Shown here: positions 8,723 through 17,874 of the stretch, in pieces
Layout of the letters: each line of letters opens with the position of its first letter
How positions within the stretch are numbered: the stretch's first letter is position 1
Assembly: GCA_964019335.1 (NCBI GenBank)
Contig: OZ025671.1
Location: 1 to 64,000, forward strand
Origin: Diplonema japonicum
Taxonomy: Eukaryota; Protista; Euglenozoa: Diplonemea
Direction: 5' to 3'
DNA length: 64,000 nucleotides
Notes under the pieces: model-generated
Database searches by the model: none
Told to the model about the DNA's origin: nothing
The model's input: the letters and a program-made list of their open reading frames with translations, nothing else
Program-made: the position numbers and the translations under genes

Positions 8723-11700
8723 TCAAGCCCTGGGCCCTTGCGAGCCCAGGGGGGTGGATCGACCACCCTGGGGCCCCCTCACATCTCGTTGGACAGGGCC
8801 CTTCCCGACCTTAGCGGCGCGTTGGGCCGACTGGGTCTCGTGGGAAGGTACCCTTTTTCTGGCGACCTTTTCCCCGCCCTCTACCCGGACATCGGGGTTG
8901 GAGGTTTCTGGGGTACTGACCTCCGGAGAGAGGCGCCCCCCGCCTTCAGCCCCCAGCACGGGAGACTGCGACGGACGAGCGGGCGAAGGCTCTCTGTCCA
9001 CACCGGAGGGGGCCGAATGTGCCTCCGTCCCGTCCGACTCGCACAGGTCCGCGGCCATGGACACCACGGGCGCCTCCGGGAACCTCGCCTCTGGAGAGTA
9101 GAGCCCTGCACCGCTCGCCCCCGGAATGGGAGATTGCGCCGTTTCGCCTTCCTCCTGCGGCGGCCTGCTACCCACGGCCAAGGGGGTCAGGGAAGGGGGC
9201 GGAACCGCTCCGAACAGCACGCGCATGCCAGCGGCCAGGCTCGATTCTCTTACGTCCAGCTGGCCGCGACCCTTCTTCACTTTTGGGGTCCGCTGGGCGG
9301 ACTGAGCCTCATTCGAGGGCACCCTCTTCCTCGCCAGACCCCTGTTCCCACTGACCTCCGGCGAATCAATCTCGAGGGGCTCGGGCGCGGTCCCGTCCTC
9401 CACCGCCGCTCCCGTCTGGATGGGGGGCTCATTAGCTTCACCTTCCGCCTGGGCAGGGGACTCCCCTCCTTCCTCCTGGATGTGGGACTCATCACCCTCC
9501 GACTGAGTAGGGGATTCGCTATCCTCCACCTGGATGCTGGATCCACTGCCCTCCGTCTGAGTGGGGGACTCACCCACCTCCGCCTGGGTGGGAGACCCAG
9601 CCTCCTCCTCCTGGGCGGGGAGCTCCCGGACATGGGACTCACCACCCTCCGCCTGGATAGGGGGTTCGACGCCTTCCGACTGGATGGGGGACTCCTCCTC
9701 CCCGTCCGCCTCGAAGAGAACCCGCGCCACGTAAACTTCGTCTGACTCTAGTTGGACTGGGAACCAGGGGCGGACCGCAGGCCCCCTGACGTCCAGCAAC
9801 GCTGGGTGCCTCTGTACCTTGGGATCCCTCTGGGCGGACAGGGCCTCGTTGGACGGGACCCTCTTCCTCACCAGGCTTTCCCCGATGGCTCCCACAAGCG
9901 TCACGGACGGTGTGTTCCCCGTGCTCCTGGCCTCCGGAGAGCCTGACTCACGGTCTCCCCCAAGCCTTGCCCTGTCCCCCTCCGACGAAGGGGGGCCTCG
10001 GGCAGCCCCTTCCAACACCGCCGCCACAATGGGGGAGTCGCACCCTCCTCCGAGCACCGACTGGGAGGCCCTTGGGGTTAGCACCGCCGCTCCCTGTGAG
10101 GGTTGTGTCGTCCCCAGGCCGCTTTCTCCCGCGGGTACAGGAGAGAAGACATCCGCCTCCAGGATCGCCATGATCTGCTCCCTAGAGAACGCGCCCAGCC
10201 CGGTCCGCTCCACCTCCTGGCTCACCGCCGCTGGCGGGCCTCCGGCTTCTGCCGCTTCCAGATCGGGGCTCCCTTCGTCCTCCCTCATCGGGCTGGCCGA
10301 CCCGGGTGACTCCGAACCTCCCTCCCCTCCGGCGCTCTGCAACTCTGCGTCCCCTTCTCCGACCCCGGGGCCTTCGCTGCTGGACTCTGGGGCGGACGAG
10401 AGGACTTCCTCCATCGAAGATGACGGTGAGGGCCCCCCCTCCCCTTCCTGCGGCCCCTGCCACGACATCTGGTCGTCCTCCCTTCCCGAGGGGGACGGAG
10501 AGAGGGGAAACTGGTGGTTGCTCGGTTCTCCACTTACCTCAGCCCGTCCCTCGAGCAGGAGTGGCCCCATAGGCTCATCCCCCTCTGATGCCTGTGGCGG
10601 GGTTAGGCCCCCCTCAACCTCCGTCTGGACCGTCCCCTGCGAGCCCTCCTCCTCCATTCCTTCGGGCAATACGGCTTGGATGGTGTTTTCTGTGCCAGTG
10701 TTCCCCTCTGATGCCTGCGGCGGAGTCAGGCCCCCCTCAACCTCCATCCGGTCCGTTCCCTGCGCGTCCTCCTCCTCCATTCCTTCAGGCAATGCGGCTT
10801 GGATGGTGTTTTCTGTGCCAGTGTTGCCCTCCGAGGAGGAGTCGGAGGCGTCCGACTGAGACGTCCCCTCCATGGGTTCCCCACCCTCTATCGAATCACT
10901 CTTCTCCTCCTCCTCCTCCACGGACATGTCGGTCGGGCCCACCTCCTCCGCCGGGGTGGAGGTGTATCCCAGCGACGTCCCTCCGCCCTGCCCATCCCCG
11001 CTCTCTTCCGTGTCCTCCTCCATCAAGCCGGGCTCCTCCTCCTGAGGACTTCCCTCCCCCATGGACAAGTCGGCTGTTTCGTTTTCTTTAGAACCTGAGA
11101 TGTCCACCCGCGGGGCAGCGGGGCCTGCCTGCGGGACCCACCCTTCTGCGAGCGAGCTCCCTGCCGTATCATCCTCCATCGCGTCGGGGCTGGAGACGTC
11201 TGGTAGCGGCACTGCCTCCCAGGGCTCCCTCACCTCCGTCGCGTCAGGGGTCCCCCCCTCCCCCGCGGGGGCCAAGTCCGTCCCTCCGACGACCGGGGGG
11301 GCGGCGGGGATGTCCGCCTGCGGAGCACCGCCCTCCAGCCCGTCCTCGCTTTCCACCTCCATCAAGCCGAAGTCCTCCCCCTGCAATGAGAGAGGGCCTG
11401 TCTGCAACTCCGCCTGCTCCTCTGGCATGTCCTCTGCCGGGTCCTCCTCCATCGCGCTGGGGCCATCCTGCGTCGTGCACACTTCCTCCTCTCCAGCGGG
11501 CATGTCGGCTGATTCGGTTTTTGTCGTGCCTGACGCGTCCTCCGTCGAGGGTGGGGGGGCGCCCGCTGCCTGGGCTTCCTCGTCTCCTGGGCCATCGGGG
11601 GGGATGTCTGGGGCCGGGGGTGGGTCGGGCGGTGCTTGTGTCTCTTTGATCGGGTGCCTCCTCCTCGTCTCCACTGCCACCTCTCTCATGAGGGCTACGC

Positions 11701-14700
11701 TCAGTTCCTCTGTCATGGTCCTATAGACCTCCGTCGCGTCCCGCTGCCTCTTCTTCGCCACCTCCGCCGCGATCCTCTTCAGCACCCTCCTGGCGTCGGT
11801 CCCGAACCCGCCAAACGTCTCCAGAGCACAGGGGGTGAACCGTATCCGGGCTCTCTCGCAGTCGCTCGCGTACTTCGCCCGCTTCGACTCCGCCTGTTTC
11901 TCCGCAGCCGCCCCCGGAACCGCCATTGCCGCCGCCAGGTGGGCGCTCGCACACGGGTGGACCACCGTCACGTCGATGGCCAGAGGGCCCTCGCCTTCCA
12001 CCCCCATCGGGAGGTAAACGTCAGCAGGCTTCCTCCCGTCACCCAGGAGGCCTTGTTGCTCCTTCACCGCTTGCAACCCGCCGCTGTAGCAGTGCTTCAC
12101 CAACATGTCCCTCACCCTGTCGTGCCTCTTCGTCATGACCGCACCTCTCTTGCAAACCATGGCATGGTCGCCTAGTGCGTCGTTGTCCTCACCGCACATC
12201 GGGCACTTCCCCTCGGACCCGACTGCGGTGCCAAGGAGCCAGCTGGTCAGCGTCCTGAACTCATCGTTCTTTAGTTCGTTATTCAAGCCCGTGATCGCCG
12301 TCAGCCAAGCCCCTGCTTTGTGAACCTTCAGCGAGTTCAACCTGGCCTTGTCCCTACCACCCGGGGAGCTCCCGAACAGCGCACCCCAGGACTTCTCCTC
12401 GAGGATCTGCGACATCTTCCTCTGAGGGTACAGCCTCGGGGTGTTTCGCAGCAGGTCCACGGAGAGCCTGTCAGGATCGTCGGCTGCGAGGTGGCCGTTG
12501 AACCACTCGACCCCCCACTCCCAGCCACCCGCCAGTGAAGCGTCCCAGTCGTACCCCCCCAGGATCTCCGACGCCAGCTCCTGGGTCGCCGCCAGCGAGG
12601 CCATGTTCGCCACTAGGGCGTGTTCGCTGCAGCTGCGAAGGCCCATCCCTCCCCTCCTCGTCGCAAGCTTCGCCTGGCTCCACTCCCTCTCCCCGAGCTC
12701 CCGGGCAAGAAGGTGCTCCATCGCCCCCTTCACCAGGCCGTCGAATTCCGTCAAGGGGCCCGCTAGCTGCGTGTGCGGTACCGTGCGCATGAGGTGGACC
12801 ATCTTGCTGTACGAGCTGCAGTTCTTCACCAAGGCGTAGCCCGACTGGGTCCTCATCTTCTTCTGCATCTCGAAGGTCTTGCCCAGGGCCTCGAGCTTCT
12901 TTGCCAAGAAGGCCTTCGTGTACTCCGCGTCCCCTATGGGGGTCCCCAGGAGCTCGAAGTTCCCATCCGAGCTCATTTTCTCCTTGGAGAAACCGGAGAA
13001 GCCCCACTCTTCTGGGTCGGTCGGCTTCTCACCAGACACCCAGATCAACTCGCACTTCTGCGGCTTCACCTTCAGGCCTCGCTTCGCCGACTCCTCTACC
13101 ACGATGCGGTAGGCCTTCTCCACCTGTCCCCTCTCTCCGGCCAGGAACCCGTCATCGAGGTAGAAGAACTGGAGGTCCAGACTTGTATCCGCCCTTATCT
13201 TCTCCAGTACTGGCTGCAGCGCGAGGGAGAACAGCAACGGACCCACCGGGTCGCCCTGCTGGACCCCCTCCCTCGAGAGTAGCTCCGTCCCCTCGTGGAA
13301 CAGCTTGGATGGGTGTCTGTAGCAAGATTCGGCCCACTTGTACCCCTTGGGAACCTTCGCGCACGCCTCCTTTAGCATCTCGTACCTGCTGATTGTGTTG
13401 AAGGCGTTTGCGTAGTCTATCTTGATCGCCACTCGGGATACGTCGTCCTGTTTCGCCTTCTCCACGTACTGCCTTGTCGCGTGGACAGCCGCCTCCATCC
13501 CCGCGGGGACCGCCACCCCGATCTGGCCCCCCTTCCTCAGGTAGGACTTGGCCACTTCCGCCCCTTCCTTGTCAAGGATTGCCTTCCCTACAAGTCGTCT
13601 CAGGCTCTCTCCTACGGCGATCGGACGGACTCCCCTGTCCGGTTTCCGCAGCGGAATCAAGCTCGCCCCTAGTAGCACCGGTGCCACCTCAGCCGGAGTC
13701 TGACCTCTGGCCATGATATTGCACACCTCGGTGAGAGCCGCCAGGGCCCCTACTTCCGTCACCACGCCGTCCACCCCGTCCTTCAGGTGTTGGGCGCTCA
13801 ACCCAGTCGGCCCAGCCGCTTTCCCCTTGTCAAAGTCCCGGACCATGCTCAGAACGTCGACGGCCGTGACGTCCTCGAAGGAGTCAGCCGGATTCAGTTC
13901 TAGCCCCGAGGGGTCAACCGATGCCTCAGGGTGGAGGCCCAGGAGCTTCTCGAAGGTCTCGGTGGAGTCCTCCGCCAACCCTCCCGCAGTTAGCGCTGCG
14001 TTGGCTCTGGAGAAGCGCCCATCCCTGCACAGCGTCTCCCCTCTCTTCAGCCTGGATTCGTCGTCTGGATCCTTCGAGACTCTCTTCTCCGATAGGGGGA
14101 CTCCGTTCCACACCTGCTGGTACTCCCCTCTGATCCAGGCCTCCAACTTCTGCTTGGCGCTGCTCTCCCCGGACTTCCGACGTGCCTTTCCACCCCTGCG
14201 TCTGCCCAGGCAAGCCTTCGGAAGCATCAGGAGCAGCACCCACGACAGGTAGGAGTTCTCCTGCTTCACCCTCACCAGTGCCGTCTTCAGCGCCAGACTC
14301 CACAACCCTTGGAGCGGGACGGGGATGTGCTTCATGAGGCCCACTTTCCGGGTGGCCACCTCCTCCAGAGAAGGAAGTGCGTCCCGGCTAGGGGCCGCCT
14401 TCACATCCACGGGACCCCCAGGAGCGCTGTACCTGGCGATGCACCTGACGTGAGCCGCCTCCCGTTCGCCCACCACCGACCCACACACGCAGGTCTTGAG
14501 GCCAAACTTCTTCAGCTCCTGCGGGAGTACCTCCTCGTCCAGCAGGTGGTCGTTCAAGTGGGACTTCAGCAGTTCCCACCCCAAGATCGCCGGGCCTCCC
14601 ATGTGGGACGACCTCTCGCACCCCCTCACCGGGCACTGGAAACTCCTGACCTTGCTGTCCAGTCGTGGGGCATCCTTCATGTGGTGTCCGTTGGGCCTGA

Positions 14701-17695
14701 TGGAGGACTCCGGCATCAGGAGGTGGGCGAGGTCCAGGATGGCGGGCCTGGTCCCCGAGGGGGCTAGCCTCGCCTCCACCGCCCAATCCACCAGGGTGGA
14801 CTTTCCGCCCTCCGAGACCAACACAGGCCTGTAGTGGGATCCCGTGAAGCCAAGCACCACCGTATCCTCCGGTTCCCTTGCCTCCCCGAGCTTCAAGACC
14901 TGGGCGTCACCCCCGGTCACGACCACGACCGTCTTTTGCCAGACCTCCACCGCCGCCTGCAGACAAAGGTGGTCCCCCCACTCCCCTTGCTTTGCCATGT
15001 AGTGGATGTAGGCCTCAAAACCGATCGGATCCACAAAGCTCTCGAACCTGCCCCTGTTGTCCCTTATGTGGTTGACCACCCGACTCCTCACCTCTCCGTG
15101 TCGTTCCTTCTCCCCCAGCAGCACCACCGCCAGAGAGCGGAACAAGCAATCCCCTCCGCCCCCAGCATCCTCCTCCTTGGCACCCACCTCGTGCAGGATC
15201 GACTCCCTGGTGACAGACGAGCCCGATATCCCACGGACGAGGCGGGAGGGCTCCTTCTCGGGCTTGGGCCGGCAATTCACGCACCGCTCCTTGTTCCCCG
15301 CCGTGAACAGCACGCTGCACCCTCCGCAGATCGCGAAACCCATCGCCTTCGCGTTCTCTGGCGTGAGCTCTCCGGCGTGGGTCTTCGACAGGTGGTACTG
15401 CAAGCCCGCCTTCGACGAGTGCTCTTTCTTACCCTTCTCACACAGCAGGCACTCCCACACTCCGTCGGTCCTTCGGGAAGCCCCGGCCGTGCTCCTACTG
15501 GTGGCGGGGGGGCCTCCGGCTGCGCCTGGGGGCGGAGGCGGGGGTGGGGGTTGGGAAAGCGTTGCTCCGCCTTTGAGCGAGGAGGCTTCTAAGGGGAGGG
15601 GGGGCACGGGGCTCCGATAGACCACCCTGGTATAGGGCCCCCAACGTCTCCTGGCCACCCACCTCTTCCTCGCAAGGTGTTTCCCGGCCCTCGACCTGAT
15701 GGCCCTCCTGGCCATCGCAGCCCTCTCCTCCGCTTCCGCTATCCCGATGAGCCGGGCTGCAACAGCTGGAGGGGCGGGACCGCACCCCTTCTTCTTGCAG
15801 GCTTCCCTTTCCCTCCTCTTCTCGACCCTTCTCTGGCGGTGCAGCCTCCTCCGCTCCCTGTCAGCGATTTCCCTAGCCTTCTCCCTGGCCTGGGCCCTCT
15901 CCTCGCGGCGCCTTTGGAGGGTGGCCTCGCTACGGTGTCTCCTCCCCCGGCCCTTCGTCACCGTCTGCCTCGTCTTCCGGGGTCCCGGGGCCAACCAGGG
16001 TACTCCCCCTCCATTCCTCCCCTGCGGGGCGCGCTCCGGCTTCCATCTTTCCTCCTGGGCCACCGCCCCCACCACCCCCTGGAGGGTGGTGGAAACGGGG
16101 GCCAGGACCCCCCTCCTGTTAGTGAGTGTGGGTGTGTTTTTTTGTTTATTTTCCACCCTCAAAAAAAGTCCCGGACCCATTCGGATCCGGGTGTAAAGGG
16201 GGGGTGACAATGGGGGGGCCGAAGGGGCGCTAACCTCTCTAGGGAGAGCACCCTTCTCTTTTTTCTTCTTATCCTCCTTCTGGGAGGAAACAAAGGGGGG
16301 GGAATCCACTTGGGGGGGGTTTGCAAGGGGGGGATTTACAAGAGGGGGGACAGATAAACCATAAATAGAAGAAGCAGAGGAAGGGGCGCTACCCTCTCTC
16401 GGGAGTGCACCCTTCCCTTTTTTTTTTTTCTTATCCTCCTCCTGGGAGGGAACAAAGGGGGGGGGATCTACAAGGGGGGGGTTTACAAGGGGGGAATTTA
16501 CAAGAGGGGGGACAGATAAACAAGAGAAAGAAGAAAAAGAAGAAGCGGAGGAAGGGGGGGAGTTTACAAGAGGGGAGACAGATAATCCAGAGATAGAAGA
16601 AGCAGAGGAAGGGGCGCTACCCTCTCTCGGGAGTGCACCCTTACCTATTTTTTTCTTGTCCTCCCCCTGGGAAGAAACAAAGGGGGGGGAATCTACAATG
16701 GGGGGGTTTACAAGGGGGGAATTTACAAGAGGGGGGACAGATAAACAAGAGAAAGAAGAACAAGAAGAAGCGGAGGAAGGGGGGGAAGGGGCGCCTCCCT
16801 CTCTCGGGGACACCTCCTTCGCACTCTCTTTCCTTCTCCCCACAAACACAGTTTTTTTTTTTTCTATTTCCTCCACAGAGGACACAGAGGGGGAGGGGAG
16901 GGGCACGGGGCAGCCAACCGTCCGCAGGGTGATCGACACCCTGGAGCCCGAAGAACACCCTTCGGGGATGTGGTGGGTCCATTCGTAGCGGGCCTCACCC
17001 TCCAGAATGGCCCAGGTGAAGGGAGGCACCAGGTACTTCGATACCCTGGACCCCTTCTTCAGGACCATCGTGGTCTCTGCGCCGTACGAGAGGATGAGGA
17101 CCACTGGTCCCAACCTCACGTCGTCGGTGTGGTGGGCGATTCCACACCCAGGCTCGTATCGATTTACGAGCACCTGGTCTGGGGTGATCCCCAGCCCCGC
17201 TGCGGTGGCCACCTCCGCCACCCAACCCCTGGCCCCCTCTGGGATCGGGGTGGTGCGGCGCACTTTGGCACGGGCACCCACCCACCTGAAACCAAATTGG
17301 AGGGTTTCCCTCCCTTTGTTCCCCGAAATGGACTCCCACCCCCCCGAGAGCAAGGTCTCTGGGTGGGTGGGAGCTGGGCCTGTTCTTAAGCCCGGGGGGT
17401 GGTCCCCTCCCGTGAGCACCCACCCTCCTTCTTTCTTTTTTTCCCCCCTCTCAGTCTTCAGGCGGGTGGCGGTGGCGGCTGCGGAATCGGGAGCGGGCGC
17501 GCTGGCTGCGGGTGGTTCTATTTTTTTATGTTTTTTATTATTTTTTACGACATCTAGAGGGGATCTAAGGGGAGGGGAGGGGTCATACTGCCCGGCCAGA
17601 TTTCGGTCTGGTCGGGTGGTCGGCTTGGTCGGCGTCTCTCGTAGGCGTTCCTCCTGCGGGCGGCGGTCTCCGACGACGTTTCGTCTAGGGTCCAT
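8723..17695 (-). CDS. 2990-aa retrotransposon polyprotein: AlkB-like dioxygenase (~16915-17430), C2H2 ZnF (~15375-15460), OTU-like protease (~14825-15180), ZnF (~14545-14645), RT (~12600-13830), CCHC+RLE (~11700-12210), acidic tail (8723-11640)
   Basis: AlkB motifs: QVLVNRY..GCGIAHHTD..LILSYG..LEGEARYEWTHHI..RVSITLR. OTU motifs: GGGDCLFRSLA..GEWGDHLCLQAA..GSHY. RT and RLE motifs as above. Confidence 0.95.
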   Translation of the reverse strand: MDPRRNVVGDRRPQEERLRETPTKPTTRPDRNLAGQYDPSPPLRSPLDVVKNNKKHKKIEPPAASAPAPDSAAATATRLKTERGEKKKEGGWVLTGGDHPPGLRTGPAPTHPETLLSGGWESISGNKGRETLQFGFRWVGARAKVRRTTPIPEGARGWVAEVATAAGLGITPDQVLVNRYEPGCGIAHHTDDVRLGPVVLILSYGAETTMVLKKGSRVSKYLVPPFTWAILEGEARYEWTHHIPEGCSSGSRVSITLRTVGCPVPLPSPSVSSVEEIEKKKTVFVGRRKESAKEVSPREGGAPSPPSSASSCSSFSCLSVPPLVNSPLVNPPIVDSPPFVSSQGEDKKKIGKGALPREGSAPSSASSISGLSVSPLVNSPPSSASSFSSFSCLSVPPLVNSPLVNPPLVDPPPFVPSQEEDKKKKKGKGALPREGSAPSSASSIYGLSVPPLVNPPLANPPQVDSPPFVSSQKEDKKKKEKGALPREVSAPSAPPLSPPLYTRIRMGPGLFLRVENKQKNTPTLTNRRGVLAPVSTTLQGVVGAVAQEERWKPERAPQGRNGGGVPWLAPGPRKTRQTVTKGRGRRHRSEATLQRRREERAQAREKAREIADRERRRLHRQRRVEKRREREACKKKGCGPAPPAVAARLIGIAEAEERAAMARRAIRSRAGKHLARKRWVARRRWGPYTRVVYRSPVPPLPLEASSLKGGATLSQPPPPPPPPGAAGGPPATSRSTAGASRRTDGVWECLLCEKGKKEHSSKAGLQYHLSKTHAGELTPENAKAMGFAICGGCSVLFTAGNKERCVNCRPKPEKEPSRLVRGISGSSVTRESILHEVGAKEEDAGGGGDCLFRSLAVVLLGEKERHGEVRSRVVNHIRDNRGRFESFVDPIGFEAYIHYMAKQGEWGDHLCLQAAVEVWQKTVVVVTGGDAQVLKLGEAREPEDTVVLGFTGSHYRPVLVSEGGKSTLVDWAVEARLAPSGTRPAILDLAHLLMPESSIRPNGHHMKDAPRLDSKVRSFQCPVRGCERSSHMGGPAILGWELLKSHLNDHLLDEEVLPQELKKFGLKTCVCGSVVGEREAAHVRCIARYSAPGGPVDVKAAPSRDALPSLEEVATRKVGLMKHIPVPLQGLWSLALKTALVRVKQENSYLSWVLLLMLPKACLGRRRGGKARRKSGESSAKQKLEAWIRGEYQQVWNGVPLSEKRVSKDPDDESRLKRGETLCRDGRFSRANAALTAGGLAEDSTETFEKLLGLHPEASVDPSGLELNPADSFEDVTAVDVLSMVRDFDKGKAAGPTGLSAQHLKDGVDGVVTEVGALAALTEVCNIMARGQTPAEVAPVLLGASLIPLRKPDRGVRPIAVGESLRRLVGKAILDKEGAEVAKSYLRKGGQIGVAVPAGMEAAVHATRQYVEKAKQDDVSRVAIKIDYANAFNTISRYEMLKEACAKVPKGYKWAESCYRHPSKLFHEGTELLSREGVQQGDPVGPLLFSLALQPVLEKIRADTSLDLQFFYLDDGFLAGERGQVEKAYRIVVEESAKRGLKVKPQKCELIWVSGEKPTDPEEWGFSGFSKEKMSSDGNFELLGTPIGDAEYTKAFLAKKLEALGKTFEMQKKMRTQSGYALVKNCSSYSKMVHLMRTVPHTQLAGPLTEFDGLVKGAMEHLLARELGEREWSQAKLATRRGGMGLRSCSEHALVANMASLAATQELASEILGGYDWDASLAGGWEWGVEWFNGHLAADDPDRLSVDLLRNTPRLYPQRKMSQILEEKSWGALFGSSPGGRDKARLNSLKVHKAGAWLTAITGLNNELKNDEFRTLTSWLLGTAVGSEGKCPMCGEDNDALGDHAMVCKRGAVMTKRHDRVRDMLVKHCYSGGLQAVKEQQGLLGDGRKPADVYLPMGVEGEGPLAIDVTVVHPCASAHLAAAMAVPGAAAEKQAESKRAKYASDCERARIRFTPCALETFGGFGTDARRVLKRIAAEVAKKRQRDATEVYRTMTEELSVALMREVAVETRRRHPIKETQAPPDPPPAPDIPPDGPGDEEAQAAGAPPPSTEDASGTTKTESADMPAGEEEVCTTQDGPSAMEEDPAEDMPEEQAELQTGPLSLQGEDFGLMEVESEDGLEGGAPQADIPAAPPVVGGTDLAPAGEGGTPDATEVREPWEAVPLPDVSSPDAMEDDTAGSSLAEGWVPQAGPAAPRVDISGSKENETADLSMGEGSPQEEEPGLMEEDTEESGDGQGGGTSLGYTSTPAEEVGPTDMSVEEEEEKSDSIEGGEPMEGTSQSDASDSSSEGNTGTENTIQAALPEGMEEEDAQGTDRMEVEGGLTPPQASEGNTGTENTIQAVLPEGMEEEGSQGTVQTEVEGGLTPPQASEGDEPMGPLLLEGRAEVSGEPSNHQFPLSPSPSGREDDQMSWQGPQEGEGGPSPSSSMEEVLSSAPESSSEGPGVGEGDAELQSAGGEGGSESPGSASPMREDEGSPDLEAAEAGGPPAAVSQEVERTGLGAFSREQIMAILEADVFSPVPAGESGLGTTQPSQGAAVLTPRASQSVLGGGCDSPIVAAVLEGAARGPPSSEGDRARLGGDRESGSPEARSTGNTPSVTLVGAIGESLVRKRVPSNEALSAQRDPKVQRHPALLDVRGPAVRPWFPVQLESDEVYVARVLFEADGEEESPIQSEGVEPPIQAEGGESHVRELPAQEEEAGSPTQAEVGESPTQTEGSGSSIQVEDSESPTQSEGDESHIQEEGGESPAQAEGEANEPPIQTGAAVEDGTAPEPLEIDSPEVSGNRGLARKRVPSNEAQSAQRTPKVKKGRGQLDVRESSLAAGMRVLFGAVPPPSLTPLAVGSRPPQEEGETAQSPIPGASGAGLYSPEARFPEAPVVSMAADLCESDGTEAHSAPSGVDREPSPARPSQSPVLGAEGGGRLSPEVSTPETSNPDVRVEGGEKVARKRVPSHETQSAQRAAKVGKGPVQRDVRGPQGGRSTPLGSQGPRA

Positions 17696-17836
17696 TTTTA
17701 TTTTTTTTTTTTTTGTGTTGAGGGGGGAGGGGATCCTTTGCTAAACGGCAGGCGGGCCGGGCCGAAACAACCCCCCCAGACGACGACGAACGGACACCGA
17801 GCGGACGCAGCAGGCACCAACAAAAACACAGACGAC

Positions 17837-17874
17837 CAATAAAGTACAGAAACTGTAGCTTTAGAATCGTTGGT
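17837..17874 (-). other. Spliced-leader exon copy (38 nt) at 5' end of A copy 2
   Basis: Identical to 7178-7215. Confidence 0.9.

Larger units (their letters stand above)
7216..17874 (-). mobile_element. CRE-clade RLE non-LTR retrotransposon, family A copy 2 (full unit incl. 3' region/spacer; true 3' end uncertain)
   Basis: Single ORF with non-LTR RT motifs (GKAAGP, RPIAVGE, IKIDYANAFN, GVQQGDPVGPLLF, FYLDD, LLGTPIG, GGMGL). These are followed by CPMC..DHAMVC, RHD, KPAD, AIDVT and K..KY of a restriction-like endonuclease. The YLDD/QGDP/RHD pattern is typical of CRE/SLACS/CZAR-type elements. Confidence 0.93.

Noticed and set aside
16915-17430. TET/JBP (base J) type dioxygenase
   Set aside because: The motif pattern (NxY, HxD, LSxG, WxH, RxSxTxR) fits the AlkB family rather than TET/JBP.
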